64,000 nucleotides of DNA from Cyanophora paradoxa CCMP329. Its lineage: Eukaryota; Plantae; Glaucophyta. Each line of letters starts with the position of its first letter. The first letter of the stretch is position 1. Below are positions 35,737 to 46,017 of the stretch, one piece after another. The notes under the pieces were generated by a model, which was not told the origin of the DNA, did no database searches, and worked only from the letters and a program-made list of their open reading frames with translations. The position numbers were made by a program, and so were the translations under genes. The stretch covers positions 109,429 through 173,428 of the forward strand of contig QPMI01000508.1 in the NCBI GenBank assembly GCA_004431415.1, given 5' to 3'.

Positions 35737-35831
35737 ACACATATTGAAAAACGAATTTAAATCCCTCGTTCATCTCGATCGCTTCGCGATCTCGATTCAC
35801 TCTGGATTTAAATTCGTTTTTCAATATGTGT
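35737..35831. other. Left terminal 95-nt hairpin/palindrome
   Basis: 28-bp perfect stem (35737-35764 with 35804-35831), symmetric mismatch region, inner stem gatcgc-ttc-gcgatc centred at 35784. Confidence 0.9.
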
Positions 35832-36158
35832 TAATTTAATACTAAAATACATATTTATCGATTAATTTCTTTAACTTTTTATGCAAACTTTGTATAAATT
35901 AATGCAAACTTCGTATTAAAAATGATAAACGCGTTTAATTTAATGCATATTCACGATTGATTCAATCGATATTATATCGATAAATTATGTTCTTTGTCGA
36001 TTACATATATAACTTCGATTGATTAACATTAAACTACTTAAAGAACGATATAATCGCGATTAATTCGCATAAATTCGCATAAATTCGCATAAACTCGATA
36101 TATCTCATCGGTATTGAAGTAGACCACCGCCCATTTTGTATCGGAAAACGCAAAAACT

Positions 36159-36410
36159 GTCACAGAGTTGCATTTTGTCCAATTAAACAATCGATGGAAT
36201 TGCGGATTTACATTTTTGCACCGAAAAAGTGTCACAGAGTTGCATTATGTCCAATTAAACAATCGATCAGATTGCGGGATTTTCTATTGGAATATATCGG
36301 AACTGCATCACGTCCAATTAAACAATCGATGGAATTGCGGATTTACATTTTTGCACCGAAAAAGTGTCACAGAGTTGCATCATGTCCAATTAAACAATCG
36401 ATGGAATTGC
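36159..36410 (+). repeat. Four tandem 63-72-bp repeats inside the TIR (mirrored at 63327-63578)
   Basis: Core gtccaattaaacaatcgat at about 36177, 36249, 36312 and 36384. Confidence 0.85.
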
Positions 36411-36523
36411 ATATGTTCTATAAAACAGAATAATTGAGATCAAGTGTGACAGGTAGTATTCAAATGATATTCAGTAAGAGATAGTTTTGTTTTTGAGAAA
36501 GTCAGTAAGAGGGGTGGAATGTC

Positions 36524-36960
36524 TGTGACGCCTGTGACGGCTGTGACGCCTGTTTTCAGAAGTCTGTCATTTTTGAAAATTTTAAAAAGTTTGAAAGTAG
36601 GTGTCACAGGCGTCACAGGCGTCACACTCAATTAACTTAGGTGTCACAGCGAAATTGCAGACCATTTCCAGTAAGGCAACTTCGCATTATCAAAAAGGTT
36701 GATTAATGGATATTGTTTTGTAGGTGTCAGAGGTGTCACAAGACGGATTTCAGTAAGACAAGAATATATTTTTGAATATCTCAGTAAGAGAGATAGATTC
36801 CATTTTTAATTGGGTGTGACGCCTGTGACGGCTGTGACGGCTGTTTTAAGAAGTCTGTCATTTTTGAAAATTTTAGAAAGTTTGAAAGTAGGCGTCACAG
36901 GCGTCACAGGCGTCACAGTCAATTAAAGAGGCGTCACAGTCAATTAAATAGGTGTCACAC
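36524..36960. promoter_or_regulatory. Two iteron/AT-core cassettes (putative origins) in the left TIR; mirrored at 62777-63213
   Basis: (TGTGACGSC)3, AT-rich spacer, (GGYGTCACA)3 at 36524-36627 and 36814-36918, with extra half-sites. Confidence 0.55.
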
Positions 36961-37161
36961 CCGATTATCTGACCATTTTCAGTAAGACCATCTGAAATTC
37001 TGAATTTCTCAGTGTCAACTAACTCGGAAATCGCAATACTCTATGTTTCTCCGATTTCTCCAACCCTGAAAACACACCTGTTATTCTGTCATCTATCTCA
37101 TGAGATACTCTCGTTTCGCCAAAAATTGACAAACGATTTCCCATCATGCTGTAAAGGAAAC

Positions 37162-37428
37162 ATGCCGATTAACCAGCAATATCACAATTTCCATGGGACT
37201 TACATCTTGATTGTGAAAAGAATACAAGATCATTATGAGATCTTTCAAGAGATGGGATTGCGAATTACAAGGAGATCAACCCTTTGTAGATTCTTGAAAA
37301 AGAATGGTGCTAAATGGGATAAGACAATTCGCCGATGGTATACAGAAGATCGAAAGAGTCCCATTCTTAATATTTTCGAGACAGATGGGGAGTTCTTCTA
37401 TCAGGATCGGTTTAATCATTACCAATAG
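37162..37428 (+). CDS. Small viral protein with a DUF5710-like motif
   Basis: FLKKNGAKWDKTIRRWY matches the K..GA.WD...K.WY motif; ATG 37162 lies just outside the TIR. Confidence 0.5.
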   Translation: MPINQQYHNFHGTYILIVKRIQDHYEIFQEMGLRITRRSTLCRFLKKNGAKWDKTIRRWYTEDRKSPILNIFETDGEFFYQDRFNHYQ

Positions 37429-38344
37429 CCAACAACTCCAACTGGAATGAGTTGTCAATTCCATTCATATCTACAAGATCACCATAATAATCGCGAAACT
37501 CAACTGTTAACTCTCTAATGACCAAATTGCGATCGGTTATTTTTATGTATTCACTGTGCTCTCCACTGTGGTAAACATACTGTCCAATATCTTTACTTAA
37601 TTGCAATCTGAGAATCGCCCCTTGATTCTGTGGTTGAGATTGGGGGACAATATTGTGGTTTGTAGCAAATGGGGAGAGTTCTTTAATGTGCATGTATAAA
37701 TACTGTTCTGCATTCATATCTGTCATCTTGGAAGCTTCTAACTTGTAGTTTAAGCGAGATGCCTCGAATTCATATCCTGTGAATGTGATTCCCCATTGGG
37801 GATGGTTTGGGGTGATTGGTATTCCTGCGAAATAAAGGAAATTCTCGGGGGCATATAAAGACCTTGCAGACTCTGGGAAATCGTAAATCTGTTCAGTGGA
37901 AGCCACCCACTCCACTGAACTCACACCAAGAAGTTTACCCAATCTCTGTGTAGATGCAACCATATCGAATTGAACATTACTGTAAAACTCCAATTTGTAG
38001 GAGGTAGGGTTGTAGTAGACCTTGAATGCATATGTGAGATTGTTGCTCCCAGTAAATGTGAAATTCAGACCATAATTATATGGAGTGGTGACCCCGAAAT
38101 GACCTTGATTTATGTAACCACTTGGGAGAAGGAAGACCTGCTTGGTTTCAGAGATGCCTTGGTAGTAGAATCTGACAAGAAGGTGGTCTGTTCCAATGGA
38201 GTTATAGATGCTGTTGGGGATCTCTGCATACAAAACTCGACATTCTCTTGGTTTGGTCACTGGGGTTGTGAGTGAAACCTTGTAGGAGTTTTCTATTTGT
38301 CCATTTGATCGGTCTCTGCTATCTATATTGACCAGCCGAATCAT
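37412..38344 (-). CDS. Minor capsid (penton) protein 1
   Basis: N-terminal VNIDSRDR, EIPNSIYN; C-terminal YLYMHIKEL...LTVEFRDYYGDLVDMNGIDNSFQLE, the single jelly-roll penton pattern of PLVs/NCLDVs. Confidence 0.8.
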   Translation of the reverse strand: MIRLVNIDSRDRSNGQIENSYKVSLTTPVTKPRECRVLYAEIPNSIYNSIGTDHLLVRFYYQGISETKQVFLLPSGYINQGHFGVTTPYNYGLNFTFTGSNNLTYAFKVYYNPTSYKLEFYSNVQFDMVASTQRLGKLLGVSSVEWVASTEQIYDFPESARSLYAPENFLYFAGIPITPNHPQWGITFTGYEFEASRLNYKLEASKMTDMNAEQYLYMHIKELSPFATNHNIVPQSQPQNQGAILRLQLSKDIGQYVYHSGEHSEYIKITDRNLVIRELTVEFRDYYGDLVDMNGIDNSFQLELLAIGND

Positions 38345-38372
38345 TTTAATATATGTTTATAGATAAAAGAAG

Positions 38373-39383
38373 ATGCCTGTGGATTACATTGAAGTGAGCT
38401 CTTTCAATACAATTTCGGGAGATGGACCTACTTCGAGTTTTATTGCTCGCCTCCCAAGCACCTATGAATTTGTGAGAGCAGTAAGACTGGTTTCAGCAGA
38501 ATTCTATAACAGCATTCCCATGGTGAGTGGTGAAACCAAACCAGGAGATGTGACAATTGATAATGCAATCTACCTTTATTGGTCTGAATATCTTTCTGGT
38601 GCAGGAAGCACTGGTATTCCAACTGATCGACCTGCTGCTGATTATGAATCATGGAAACACATTGTGATAAGTCGCAGCACACCCATTCAAAACCACCAAC
38701 AACTGGTGAATGTAATTAACTCCAAACTTGCATTGAGAGAGCCACCAGTAGCAATTCGCTGTAAATGGGATGATACACTGAAACGAGTTATATTCCATTC
38801 AACCATACCGTTTTACCTGGCTTTCTCAACCGCAATTAACCCAACCCAGGCACAAATTCAGAGATTTTTGAGTTCTGCTCGACTGCTTGGTCTTGATCCT
38901 GGGAGATATGGTAACACCCCAATCCAATCACAAGTTTATAATACTCTGACTGATGGTATCTTCACTGGGTCGATGGTGCATGGTATTATATCTTCATTTG
39001 AACCTGAAAAGACCAGGGATAGTGTTCTGTTTGTGAGAGTAAAGGAGTTGGGTGATCTGGTTCAATGTGGTGATGGTCTCCTCACTGGATACTTCCACAA
39101 AATCGTTGTTCCAGATAAAGATTATGGTGAGCATGTCGTTTATAATTCGACAGAAGCCCATCCGATTTATAAATACTATAACAAGAATCTGGGACTTTCC
39201 ACATTTTCGGTTGATATTGTGAATGCAGTCAATGAACCAATTGATTTCGAGGGTCAACCTGTCCACCTCACCTTCGAAATTCGATATGGTGATGAACCTG
39301 CTGGTGATCCTGTGTACGAATACTTCAAGAGGAGAATGGCGGAAACACATCCATCTTATCCTGTTATTGCGAATTTTGCGTAA
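38373..39383 (+). CDS. Minor capsid (penton) protein 2
   Basis: IEVSS...F...LP....V.AVRLVSAEFYNS; LFVRVKEL...FHKI...LSTFSVDIVNAVNEPIDFEGQPVHLTFEI. Confidence 0.7.
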   Translation: MPVDYIEVSSFNTISGDGPTSSFIARLPSTYEFVRAVRLVSAEFYNSIPMVSGETKPGDVTIDNAIYLYWSEYLSGAGSTGIPTDRPAADYESWKHIVISRSTPIQNHQQLVNVINSKLALREPPVAIRCKWDDTLKRVIFHSTIPFYLAFSTAINPTQAQIQRFLSSARLLGLDPGRYGNTPIQSQVYNTLTDGIFTGSMVHGIISSFEPEKTRDSVLFVRVKELGDLVQCGDGLLTGYFHKIVVPDKDYGEHVVYNSTEAHPIYKYYNKNLGLSTFSVDIVNAVNEPIDFEGQPVHLTFEIRYGDEPAGDPVYEYFKRRMAETHPSYPVIANFA

Positions 39384-39437
39384 AATCAAGGATCATTGGT
39401 GAATTTTTTATGTTGCAGTATAATAAAAGAGATAATC

Positions 39438-40808
39438 ATGGATATTACTTCGACCCTCCAACGTCTTTCTCTGAAAGAAGCTCTAACAACCCCGGAAGAA
39501 GCCAAGGCGTTCTTCCTGGACAACTCTCTCATGCTTGGTCTTGAATCCAAGTCGAAGCCAGTTCTTGTTGTTGTGAACCCAAGCAACACTTTCGAGAATA
39601 ATGCTGGAAATCGCATTTCGTTCAAGCTCCCTCGCTACAATTTCTGTGGAAAACTCGAACTTGCGTTTGACCTTCCAGCTGTCACTTTTGCTGGTGATAC
39701 CGACCTTGTTCGCAATGGATACGTTCGCCCAGTTGGTGCTCTTGTCTCTCGACTTGAAATCACCTATGGATCTTACACTTTCCATGTGCCTTCTGATTTC
39801 CTTGCTCATTTCCCTCTTATCTATTACAGTGAGGATCAACTCGCCAAGAAGAAGCGTTCAATGGGTATGGTTCATGGTATCCCTGCCCATGGAACCAACC
39901 GACTTGGTGGTTCATTCTTTGTTGAAATCCCCGTCCCATGGCTAAACCACTACCTACCTCTTGGTGCTCTCTCAGGAGAAATGGTGGTAACTGTCTGGTT
40001 CAAGGATGCTGGAAAGGGTTATGTTGAGACTTCTTATGGTGGTCGTGCTCTTCCTGTTGTTGGTGGAACAGCTGCTGATAAGACAGAGGATGATGGACTT
40101 GGTGCTACTGCTAATGCTACTCTTGCCCATGTTGGTCAACAGATCACCACTTTCACCATCTCTGGAACAACCCCCGAAATTAAAGTCACTTCTCCTCGTC
40201 TTTACATGCATGCTATTAATGTTTCTGATGAACTGTTTGCTACTGTCATTGAGAAGGTGAAGACCACTGGTATGGCTATTCCTGCTCTGGATATTGGTTT
40301 CGTAGACAGTGTCAATTTTGCTGCAAAAGGCAATGCTCAGCCAAATCGTATTAACCTGTCACAGATCTCTGGTCTTGTCTATGGTCTTCTTGTTTCAGTT
40401 CGTGATGCCGCAGGTATTGATGGTTTCAATGGTTCCCACAGTGTTCTGAAAACGTATGCTAACTCAAAAGACATTACTTTCACTGTTGAAATTAATGGTC
40501 AACGTCTCTATGCTACTGAGCCCATCCCTCTCCTCAAAGGTGCCGAATTAATTGCGGATGCCTTCAAGTGCTCAAATATGGACAAGGTTGCAGACAAATA
40601 TGTCCTCAGTGGTCTACCATTCTGTGTTGATGGAGAGAAAGCGATTCGCAACATTGCCCAGTCTGGCTATGTTGATCTCACGAACTCCTCCTCCTCTTTC
40701 CTCACTCTATACATGCCTTCTGACCAGACAATCACAGTTAATGTTCGTGCTCTCATGCACAGTTTCATTATTGTTGACAAAGATGGTCTTCGTCGCATTA
40801 ATCTGTAA
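39438..40808 (+). CDS. Major capsid protein (double jelly-roll)
   Basis: 456 aa, beta-rich; ISFKLPR....GKLELAFDLP, LVSRLEITYG, FVEIPVPW...LPLGALSGEMVVTVWF; lies between penton and packaging ATPase. Confidence 0.8.
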   Translation: MDITSTLQRLSLKEALTTPEEAKAFFLDNSLMLGLESKSKPVLVVVNPSNTFENNAGNRISFKLPRYNFCGKLELAFDLPAVTFAGDTDLVRNGYVRPVGALVSRLEITYGSYTFHVPSDFLAHFPLIYYSEDQLAKKKRSMGMVHGIPAHGTNRLGGSFFVEIPVPWLNHYLPLGALSGEMVVTVWFKDAGKGYVETSYGGRALPVVGGTAADKTEDDGLGATANATLAHVGQQITTFTISGTTPEIKVTSPRLYMHAINVSDELFATVIEKVKTTGMAIPALDIGFVDSVNFAAKGNAQPNRINLSQISGLVYGLLVSVRDAAGIDGFNGSHSVLKTYANSKDITFTVEINGQRLYATEPIPLLKGAELIADAFKCSNMDKVADKYVLSGLPFCVDGEKAIRNIAQSGYVDLTNSSSSFLTLYMPSDQTITVNVRALMHSFIIVDKDGLRRINL

Positions 40809-40870
40809 AACCATTATCAGTAACGTTTCGTTATTTTTATCTATCTTTAATAAGAAAGATCTACAAAGCC

Positions 40871-41653
40871 ATGAACGATTTAGAAGAGTTTAATGCAGGC
40901 GAAATGATAACCCCACCATTTCGTGCTCTTTTCATAGGAAAGTCTGCAACAGGCAAGTCAGAATGTGTGAAATATTGGTTGAAACAGCTGCATGATGCGA
41001 AAAAGATTGATACTGTTCTTGTTGTGAGTGGGACGTCCTTCAATCATTTCTGGGATGCAGTTGCAACATTGCAACTCGGGAAATGGGATGCTGCTTACAT
41101 TTCCAAATTACTGGATGAAAGGCAGGAGAAAATCGAAAAAGGGGAACCTGTGAATCAAATGTGTATTGTCCTTGATGATTTAATAGATAATGAGTTAATA
41201 GACCTAACTCGTGATAAAATAATTGGCTCTGTGTATTCGCGCGGCCGACACTCGGCAGTATCCTGTATCTGCATAACTCAGAAATTGCGTAAGGTTTCTT
41301 CAACAATTCGAGTAAATTCGGATTATGCTGTGTTCCTGAGTGCTGCAAATCGCAAAGAACTCGAAGCCATTGAAGAGGAATATAATATCATGCGAAACAA
41401 GGACGATTTCTATAAGATGTTTGAGGAGTATGTGCACTCTTACCAATATATTGTGTGGTCTTCTGCAAATTATTCGGTGAACTATTATGTTGATAAAGCG
41501 GATCTGGTCAAAGATTTCGCATTTCCTCGGTTCCACAGGAAGCCCAAAAAGAAAGAGGACGAACTACCACCTCCACAGAAAGAGGAAGCCCCCAAAGAGG
41601 TCAAGAGTGGTGTTCATTCGAATAAACTGATGCGATATAAGAGAGGTTTGTAA
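40871..41653 (+). CDS. A32-like (FtsK/HerA) DNA packaging ATPase
   Basis: Walker A GKSATGKS, Walker B IVLDD, RGRH..VSCICITQ, IRVNSDY. Confidence 0.92.
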   Translation: MNDLEEFNAGEMITPPFRALFIGKSATGKSECVKYWLKQLHDAKKIDTVLVVSGTSFNHFWDAVATLQLGKWDAAYISKLLDERQEKIEKGEPVNQMCIVLDDLIDNELIDLTRDKIIGSVYSRGRHSAVSCICITQKLRKVSSTIRVNSDYAVFLSAANRKELEAIEEEYNIMRNKDDFYKMFEEYVHSYQYIVWSSANYSVNYYVDKADLVKDFAFPRFHRKPKKKEDELPPPQKEEAPKEVKSGVHSNKLMRYKRGL

Positions 41654-41681
41654 AATAATCTCTGCTTCTAATAAATATACA

Positions 41682-42416
41682 ATGCCTTCCAAACGCAAAG
41701 TTGGTGTTCCTGCCGGTGCTATGTCATATTCTGCATCCTCTGGAACCGGTTCTATTAACATAGAGCCCCTGAAATTCAATGGTGTCAATGAAGTGAAAGC
41801 ATCACAGCAACAGGAAGATCCCCTCAATGCTGCTTATGAAGAATCTCCCGATGATAAAGCGCCCCAGGCATCCACCAGTGATCAATTGAATATTTCGCCC
41901 GAAGCCACAAAGATGAAGGCAGTTGGTGAAGGTGCTCGTCGAATTATTGGTGCTGCTGATGATAAAGGACTTGGTCTGCAAGATCTCTCACTTGCCCGCA
42001 AAGGTGAAGGTGTCTCCAAAGAATCCGACAAGGTTATTCAATCGATGGCTGGTGAGGTCACCTACAAGGTCGCACCTACACAGAATATCCACCGAATTCC
42101 CAAAGCCCAATGGGACGAAATGACTGCGAAACTTAAAGATCTGGAAGCGAAATCGAGTGCACTTGAACAGTATGTCTCTGAGAAGAAAGAGAGAGCGAAA
42201 TTAAAGGAGATGCTGCGAAAGGAGGTGTATAGAATGGGAATCACTGGTCTCCCAGATAAGCAGTTCATTGGTAAGAAAGAAACTCAAATCGATGAGCAGG
42301 CAGTTGATGAGATGAAGACCAAAACCCAGAAGGGCACCATTGAACCTGGTGCTACCAAAGCAGAGGTTGACAAAGGTGTTGCCCCAACAGTATATAAACG
42401 ACGAGTATGGCTATAA
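41682..42416 (+). CDS. Hypothetical viral protein (hydrophilic, coiled coil)
   Basis: 244-aa ATG ORF in the dense viral gene array. Confidence 0.7.
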   Translation: MPSKRKVGVPAGAMSYSASSGTGSINIEPLKFNGVNEVKASQQQEDPLNAAYEESPDDKAPQASTSDQLNISPEATKMKAVGEGARRIIGAADDKGLGLQDLSLARKGEGVSKESDKVIQSMAGEVTYKVAPTQNIHRIPKAQWDEMTAKLKDLEAKSSALEQYVSEKKERAKLKEMLRKEVYRMGITGLPDKQFIGKKETQIDEQAVDEMKTKTQKGTIEPGATKAEVDKGVAPTVYKRRVWL

Positions 42417-42443
42417 TTATCTCGCATTAAAAGAGAAAGCATC

Positions 42444-42677
42444 ATGGATTTTCTGCGCAAAATCATTGAGATGTTTAATCTCCACATTGTGAGCAATTGT
42501 CACAGTGGTTGCTGTGACACCAAAGTCGAAATCGAGTTCTCTGACACTGAAAGTCATGGATCTGGCGGTAGGCGATTATCCACAGACTCGGTGGATTTCG
42601 AGGAGCATATTAAAACAGAGACAGTGAGGCGACGCTCTGTATCTTTCACAGATCCGAAATTAAATCTCGGTAATTAA
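42444..42677 (+). CDS. Small hypothetical viral protein with a Cys cluster
   Basis: 77 aa, SNCHSGCC motif, upstream TAAAAGA. Confidence 0.55.
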   Translation: MDFLRKIIEMFNLHIVSNCHSGCCDTKVEIEFSDTESHGSGGRRLSTDSVDFEEHIKTETVRRRSVSFTDPKLNLGN

Positions 42678-42878
42678 TATCGAATGCTCAGTCTCTCTGA
42701 GATCTATGCTATCCTTGAAAGGAAATCCGCTGAATATGCAACAGAAGCCGCAATAAAAAAGCGTAGACAGGAACTGGTCTCGATCTGCAAAAAATGACAA
42801 GGGATTTAAGGGTAAGGTGTGTTTGATTGGTGAACCCGGACAAATTATTTTCTCGTCCCAATATAAGGAACATATCAA

Positions 42879-43106
42879 ATGGAAACTGAATCTGTGGTCG
42901 AATTCGAACTTGCAATGAGCGAAATGGATCCCAATGAGAGGAAAAGGTTGTATGACCGCTTGTATTTCCAGAAACGTTATCAAGATGAGGAATTTCGTGA
43001 ATTATATCGTAAAAAGGCACTGGAACGATATTATCGCAGGAAAGCTGCTGAGATGGATCCCAATAATCCAGTAAAACGCCCAGTAGGTCGTCCCAGGAAA
43101 TACTGA
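42879..43106 (+). CDS. Small basic DNA-binding protein with a C-terminal AT-hook
   Basis: KRPVGRPRK AT-hook after a helical Y/R/K-rich region. Confidence 0.7.
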   Translation: METESVVEFELAMSEMDPNERKRLYDRLYFQKRYQDEEFRELYRKKALERYYRRKAAEMDPNNPVKRPVGRPRKY

Positions 43107-43299
43107 ACCGCCCCAAAGTCCCAGATATCCGCTGAATCCTTTTTGTTACCATGATCAATCGACTTTTCGATGGATCATTACCATATATCGAGCGCCAATC
43201 GGAAAACCCAAAGGTATTTAAAGGTTAGCCGCCAAAAAATGACAAGCGACCGGAGAAATTAATTTCTCCATTAAGTATAAGAAGCCCCCGATTTTCGAA

Positions 43300-45663
43300 A
43301 TGAACGCTGCCGCCAAGAAATCCCTGAAACGCCTTGTTGATTGGCTTCGTGAAGACGATGTCCTGTCTGAGAATCTCGTAATTCCTGTTGATCCTGATAC
43401 CAAAAGACCGCTTTTCGCTCATAAAGACGGATCCTGGACTTGGGATAAATTCGATGAAGCCCTGAAATCCGGTAAATATACTGCTTGGGGCATTCTTGCT
43501 CGTAATATCATGGTTATTGACTTCGACCAAGAGGAGGATTTCGCCAAATTCGAGGAGCAATTCCCTGATGATTTCGGTGGTGTTAATCCACTTGCTAAAA
43601 CCAAAAAAGGATATCATGCTTATTTCGCTCGACCTGCTGAATTCGACACCATTAAGATCTGGGATAAAGCAGGTGCATTCAAAGGAAACCCCAAGATCGA
43701 CTGCAAAACGATTGCATCCACTGGGACTGCTGGGGTAATTAATGTTTGTCCAAGTCCCAACAAAACATGGATCAGAGAGCCATGGGCATCTGAGTGTGAG
43801 TTAAATGAACCTACTGCTGAGTTGCAAAAGTGGATTGTTGACAACTACGAATTCCCCAAAGGTGCACATTCTTATTTTGAGAGGTGCGCTGAGGAGAATT
43901 TGCAGAAACATATTCTTTCTAAACTGGAAGAATTCGGTTTCATCTTGCCCACAATCATCAATGAGACCAAGATGGGATACAATTTCACTGCTGAGAACAA
44001 AGGTCTGATCTGTCCCTGCTGCAAGGGAAGCCATGACTCGAACAATTGGTATATTGTTCAAGGGAAGGAGAAGGACAAATATATTGTTTCGAGTTACAGT
44101 GCAAACTGCAAAAAGCGAAGCATCACAGTTCGTGTGAAGGAAGAGACAGATGTGAAGATCGAAAATCTGATTGATCGGTCTGCTGGATCTGATGGTGCCC
44201 ATTATGATGTTGCACAGGTTGCCTATCTTGTTCTGCAAGACAAATACAAGTATTCCAACAAGACCTGGTTCAAGTTCAATGATGTATGTGGGATTTGGGA
44301 GATGGATGAAACTGGGAAGCGAATCTTTCTCTGTTTGAGCTGCAAGGTCTGTCCAGTTTATCTTCAACGTTCTGTTCAACTCGCACAGAGAGCACTTCGT
44401 GATGAAGAGAACCGCAATTCCTTGGAGGAAAGGTCAAAGATTCTGCTGGGAATTGCTAAGAGCCTCAAACAGACTACATACAGAACTGCACTTATGTCTG
44501 ATCTTTCAGTTCTGTTCAGTGACAAGACCTTTTTCGAGAGACTTGATACTGTTCCCAACATCATTGGATTTACAAATGGTGTGTTTGACCTGAACTCCAT
44601 GACTTTTCGACAGGGACTCCCAGATGATATGGTGAGTAAGACTGTTGGCTACGATTACACCACAGAAATTGACCAAGAGAAAGTTGCGAAGATTAAATCC
44701 ATCTATGCAGATATTATCGAATCTGATGAAAACCGCGAATTTATGATGGGATTAATTGCCTATGCCCTGAGTGGTTTGACAGAAAATCAGAGATACACTT
44801 GCTGGACTGGAATTGGAGCAAATGGGAAATCACTGCTCCAAGAGTTGGTGAAAGACACATTTGGTGAGTATTATGGGTCACTGGACATGACATATTGGAC
44901 TAAACCCAAGAAGAGTTCGTCAGAGGCTTCCCCAGAACTCGCTTGCATTCTTGGTAAACGAATTGTTTTCAGTAATGAAGCAGAAGATGGTGATATGCTT
45001 CAACTGAACAAAATCAAACAGGTTACTGGTGGGAATGAGATGAAGGTTCGAGCTCTTTTCAAAGATCTTGTTACATTCATTCCCATGTTCCAGTTGTTCT
45101 TGTCCACAAATGACAACTTGGGAATCAGTAAACCAGATGCAGCAATTCAAAGGCGAATTATCTACTACCGATTCGAAAATGTCTTCAAGGTCGATCCTCA
45201 GCCTGGTGAGAAGAAAGCAGACACCACTCTCATGCGCCTAATGAAGAATGATGACGATTATAAAATGGCGCATATGTCCATTCTCCTGGAAATGTGGAGA
45301 ACCCATTCTCTCAATGAATTCGTCACCAAACCACCCCAGTCCATTGTTGATCAAGGTGTTGAATATTTCAATGAGAATGACAAGATTGGAGAATGGATTC
45401 GTGAGAGTTATGAACTCACCAAGAGTCAAGGGGATTTCGCCACAAGTGAGTCCATTATCAGTCACTTTAAGATGGATCACATGGGCAAATCTGATGAGAA
45501 AATCACAGAATGCACTATCTTGAAGAGACTTCGCGAAGTCTTTAATGTGAAGGCTGAGAGAAAGCGAGTCAATGGTGTTCTTGCTCGTGGCTACTTTGGG
45601 ATCAAAAAGAAGCATAGTCGCAAGTTGGTGGATGACAGTGATGTTGAAGGTGGGGATGAGTAA
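43300..45663 (+). CDS. Primase (Prim-Pol-like) fused to a D5-like SF3 helicase
   Basis: N-terminal VIDFD and T..GYHAYF primase motifs; CPCC...H Zn finger; IGFTNGVFDL (D5_N); Walker A GIGANGKS, Walker B FSNE, motif C LSTN. Confidence 0.9.
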   Translation: MNAAAKKSLKRLVDWLREDDVLSENLVIPVDPDTKRPLFAHKDGSWTWDKFDEALKSGKYTAWGILARNIMVIDFDQEEDFAKFEEQFPDDFGGVNPLAKTKKGYHAYFARPAEFDTIKIWDKAGAFKGNPKIDCKTIASTGTAGVINVCPSPNKTWIREPWASECELNEPTAELQKWIVDNYEFPKGAHSYFERCAEENLQKHILSKLEEFGFILPTIINETKMGYNFTAENKGLICPCCKGSHDSNNWYIVQGKEKDKYIVSSYSANCKKRSITVRVKEETDVKIENLIDRSAGSDGAHYDVAQVAYLVLQDKYKYSNKTWFKFNDVCGIWEMDETGKRIFLCLSCKVCPVYLQRSVQLAQRALRDEENRNSLEERSKILLGIAKSLKQTTYRTALMSDLSVLFSDKTFFERLDTVPNIIGFTNGVFDLNSMTFRQGLPDDMVSKTVGYDYTTEIDQEKVAKIKSIYADIIESDENREFMMGLIAYALSGLTENQRYTCWTGIGANGKSLLQELVKDTFGEYYGSLDMTYWTKPKKSSSEASPELACILGKRIVFSNEAEDGDMLQLNKIKQVTGGNEMKVRALFKDLVTFIPMFQLFLSTNDNLGISKPDAAIQRRIIYYRFENVFKVDPQPGEKKADTTLMRLMKNDDDYKMAHMSILLEMWRTHSLNEFVTKPPQSIVDQGVEYFNENDKIGEWIRESYELTKSQGDFATSESIISHFKMDHMGKSDEKITECTILKRLREVFNVKAERKRVNGVLARGYFGIKKKHSRKLVDDSDVEGGDE

Positions 45664-45731
45664 ACAAAACAGAATCGATTCTAATACTGATTGAATTTCT
45701 TATTTTTTAAAAACCTTACTGTAAATGGTTT

Positions 45732-45866
45732 GTGTGACAGCTGTGACACCTTTTTAATTGAGTGTGACGCCTGTGACGCCTGTGACGCCTATTTTCAAAC
45801 TTTTTAAAATTTCAAAAATCTACAAACCTCTGAAAACAGGTGTCACAGGCGTCACAGGCGTCACAC
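45732..45866. promoter_or_regulatory. Internal iteron/AT-core cassette (putative replication origin) just downstream of the primase-helicase
   Basis: (tgtgacgcc)3, tattttcaaactttttaaaatttcaaaaa..., (ggygtcaca)3; same design as the TIR cassettes. Confidence 0.6.
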
Positions 45867-46017
45867 CCAATTAACCACAGACTCCCCCCTGTGGGTCGAT
45901 GACTGTTTCGATTCTTAATCGGACAATATAAAAACGTATCGAAAATCGTTGTGTTGTGACAAAAATTGACTGGCGATTTAAGGGATCGTTGCGTATTTCA
46001 CTTGACTAAGACAGAAA

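Larger units (their letters stand above)
35737..37114 (+). repeat. Left terminal inverted repeat (1378 bp)
   Basis: Reverse complement of 62623-64000; paired coordinates sum to 99737 and the mirrored ORFs translate identically. Confidence 0.95.

Noticed and set aside
36159-36410. Repeat-spacer-like pattern resembling a CRISPR array
   Set aside because: The spacers are themselves repeated, there are no cas genes, and it lies in a eukaryotic viral TIR
36038-36631. Small ORFs inside the TIRs (e.g. MSVTPVTPVTP)
   Set aside because: By-products of iterons and repeats; most lack ATG starts
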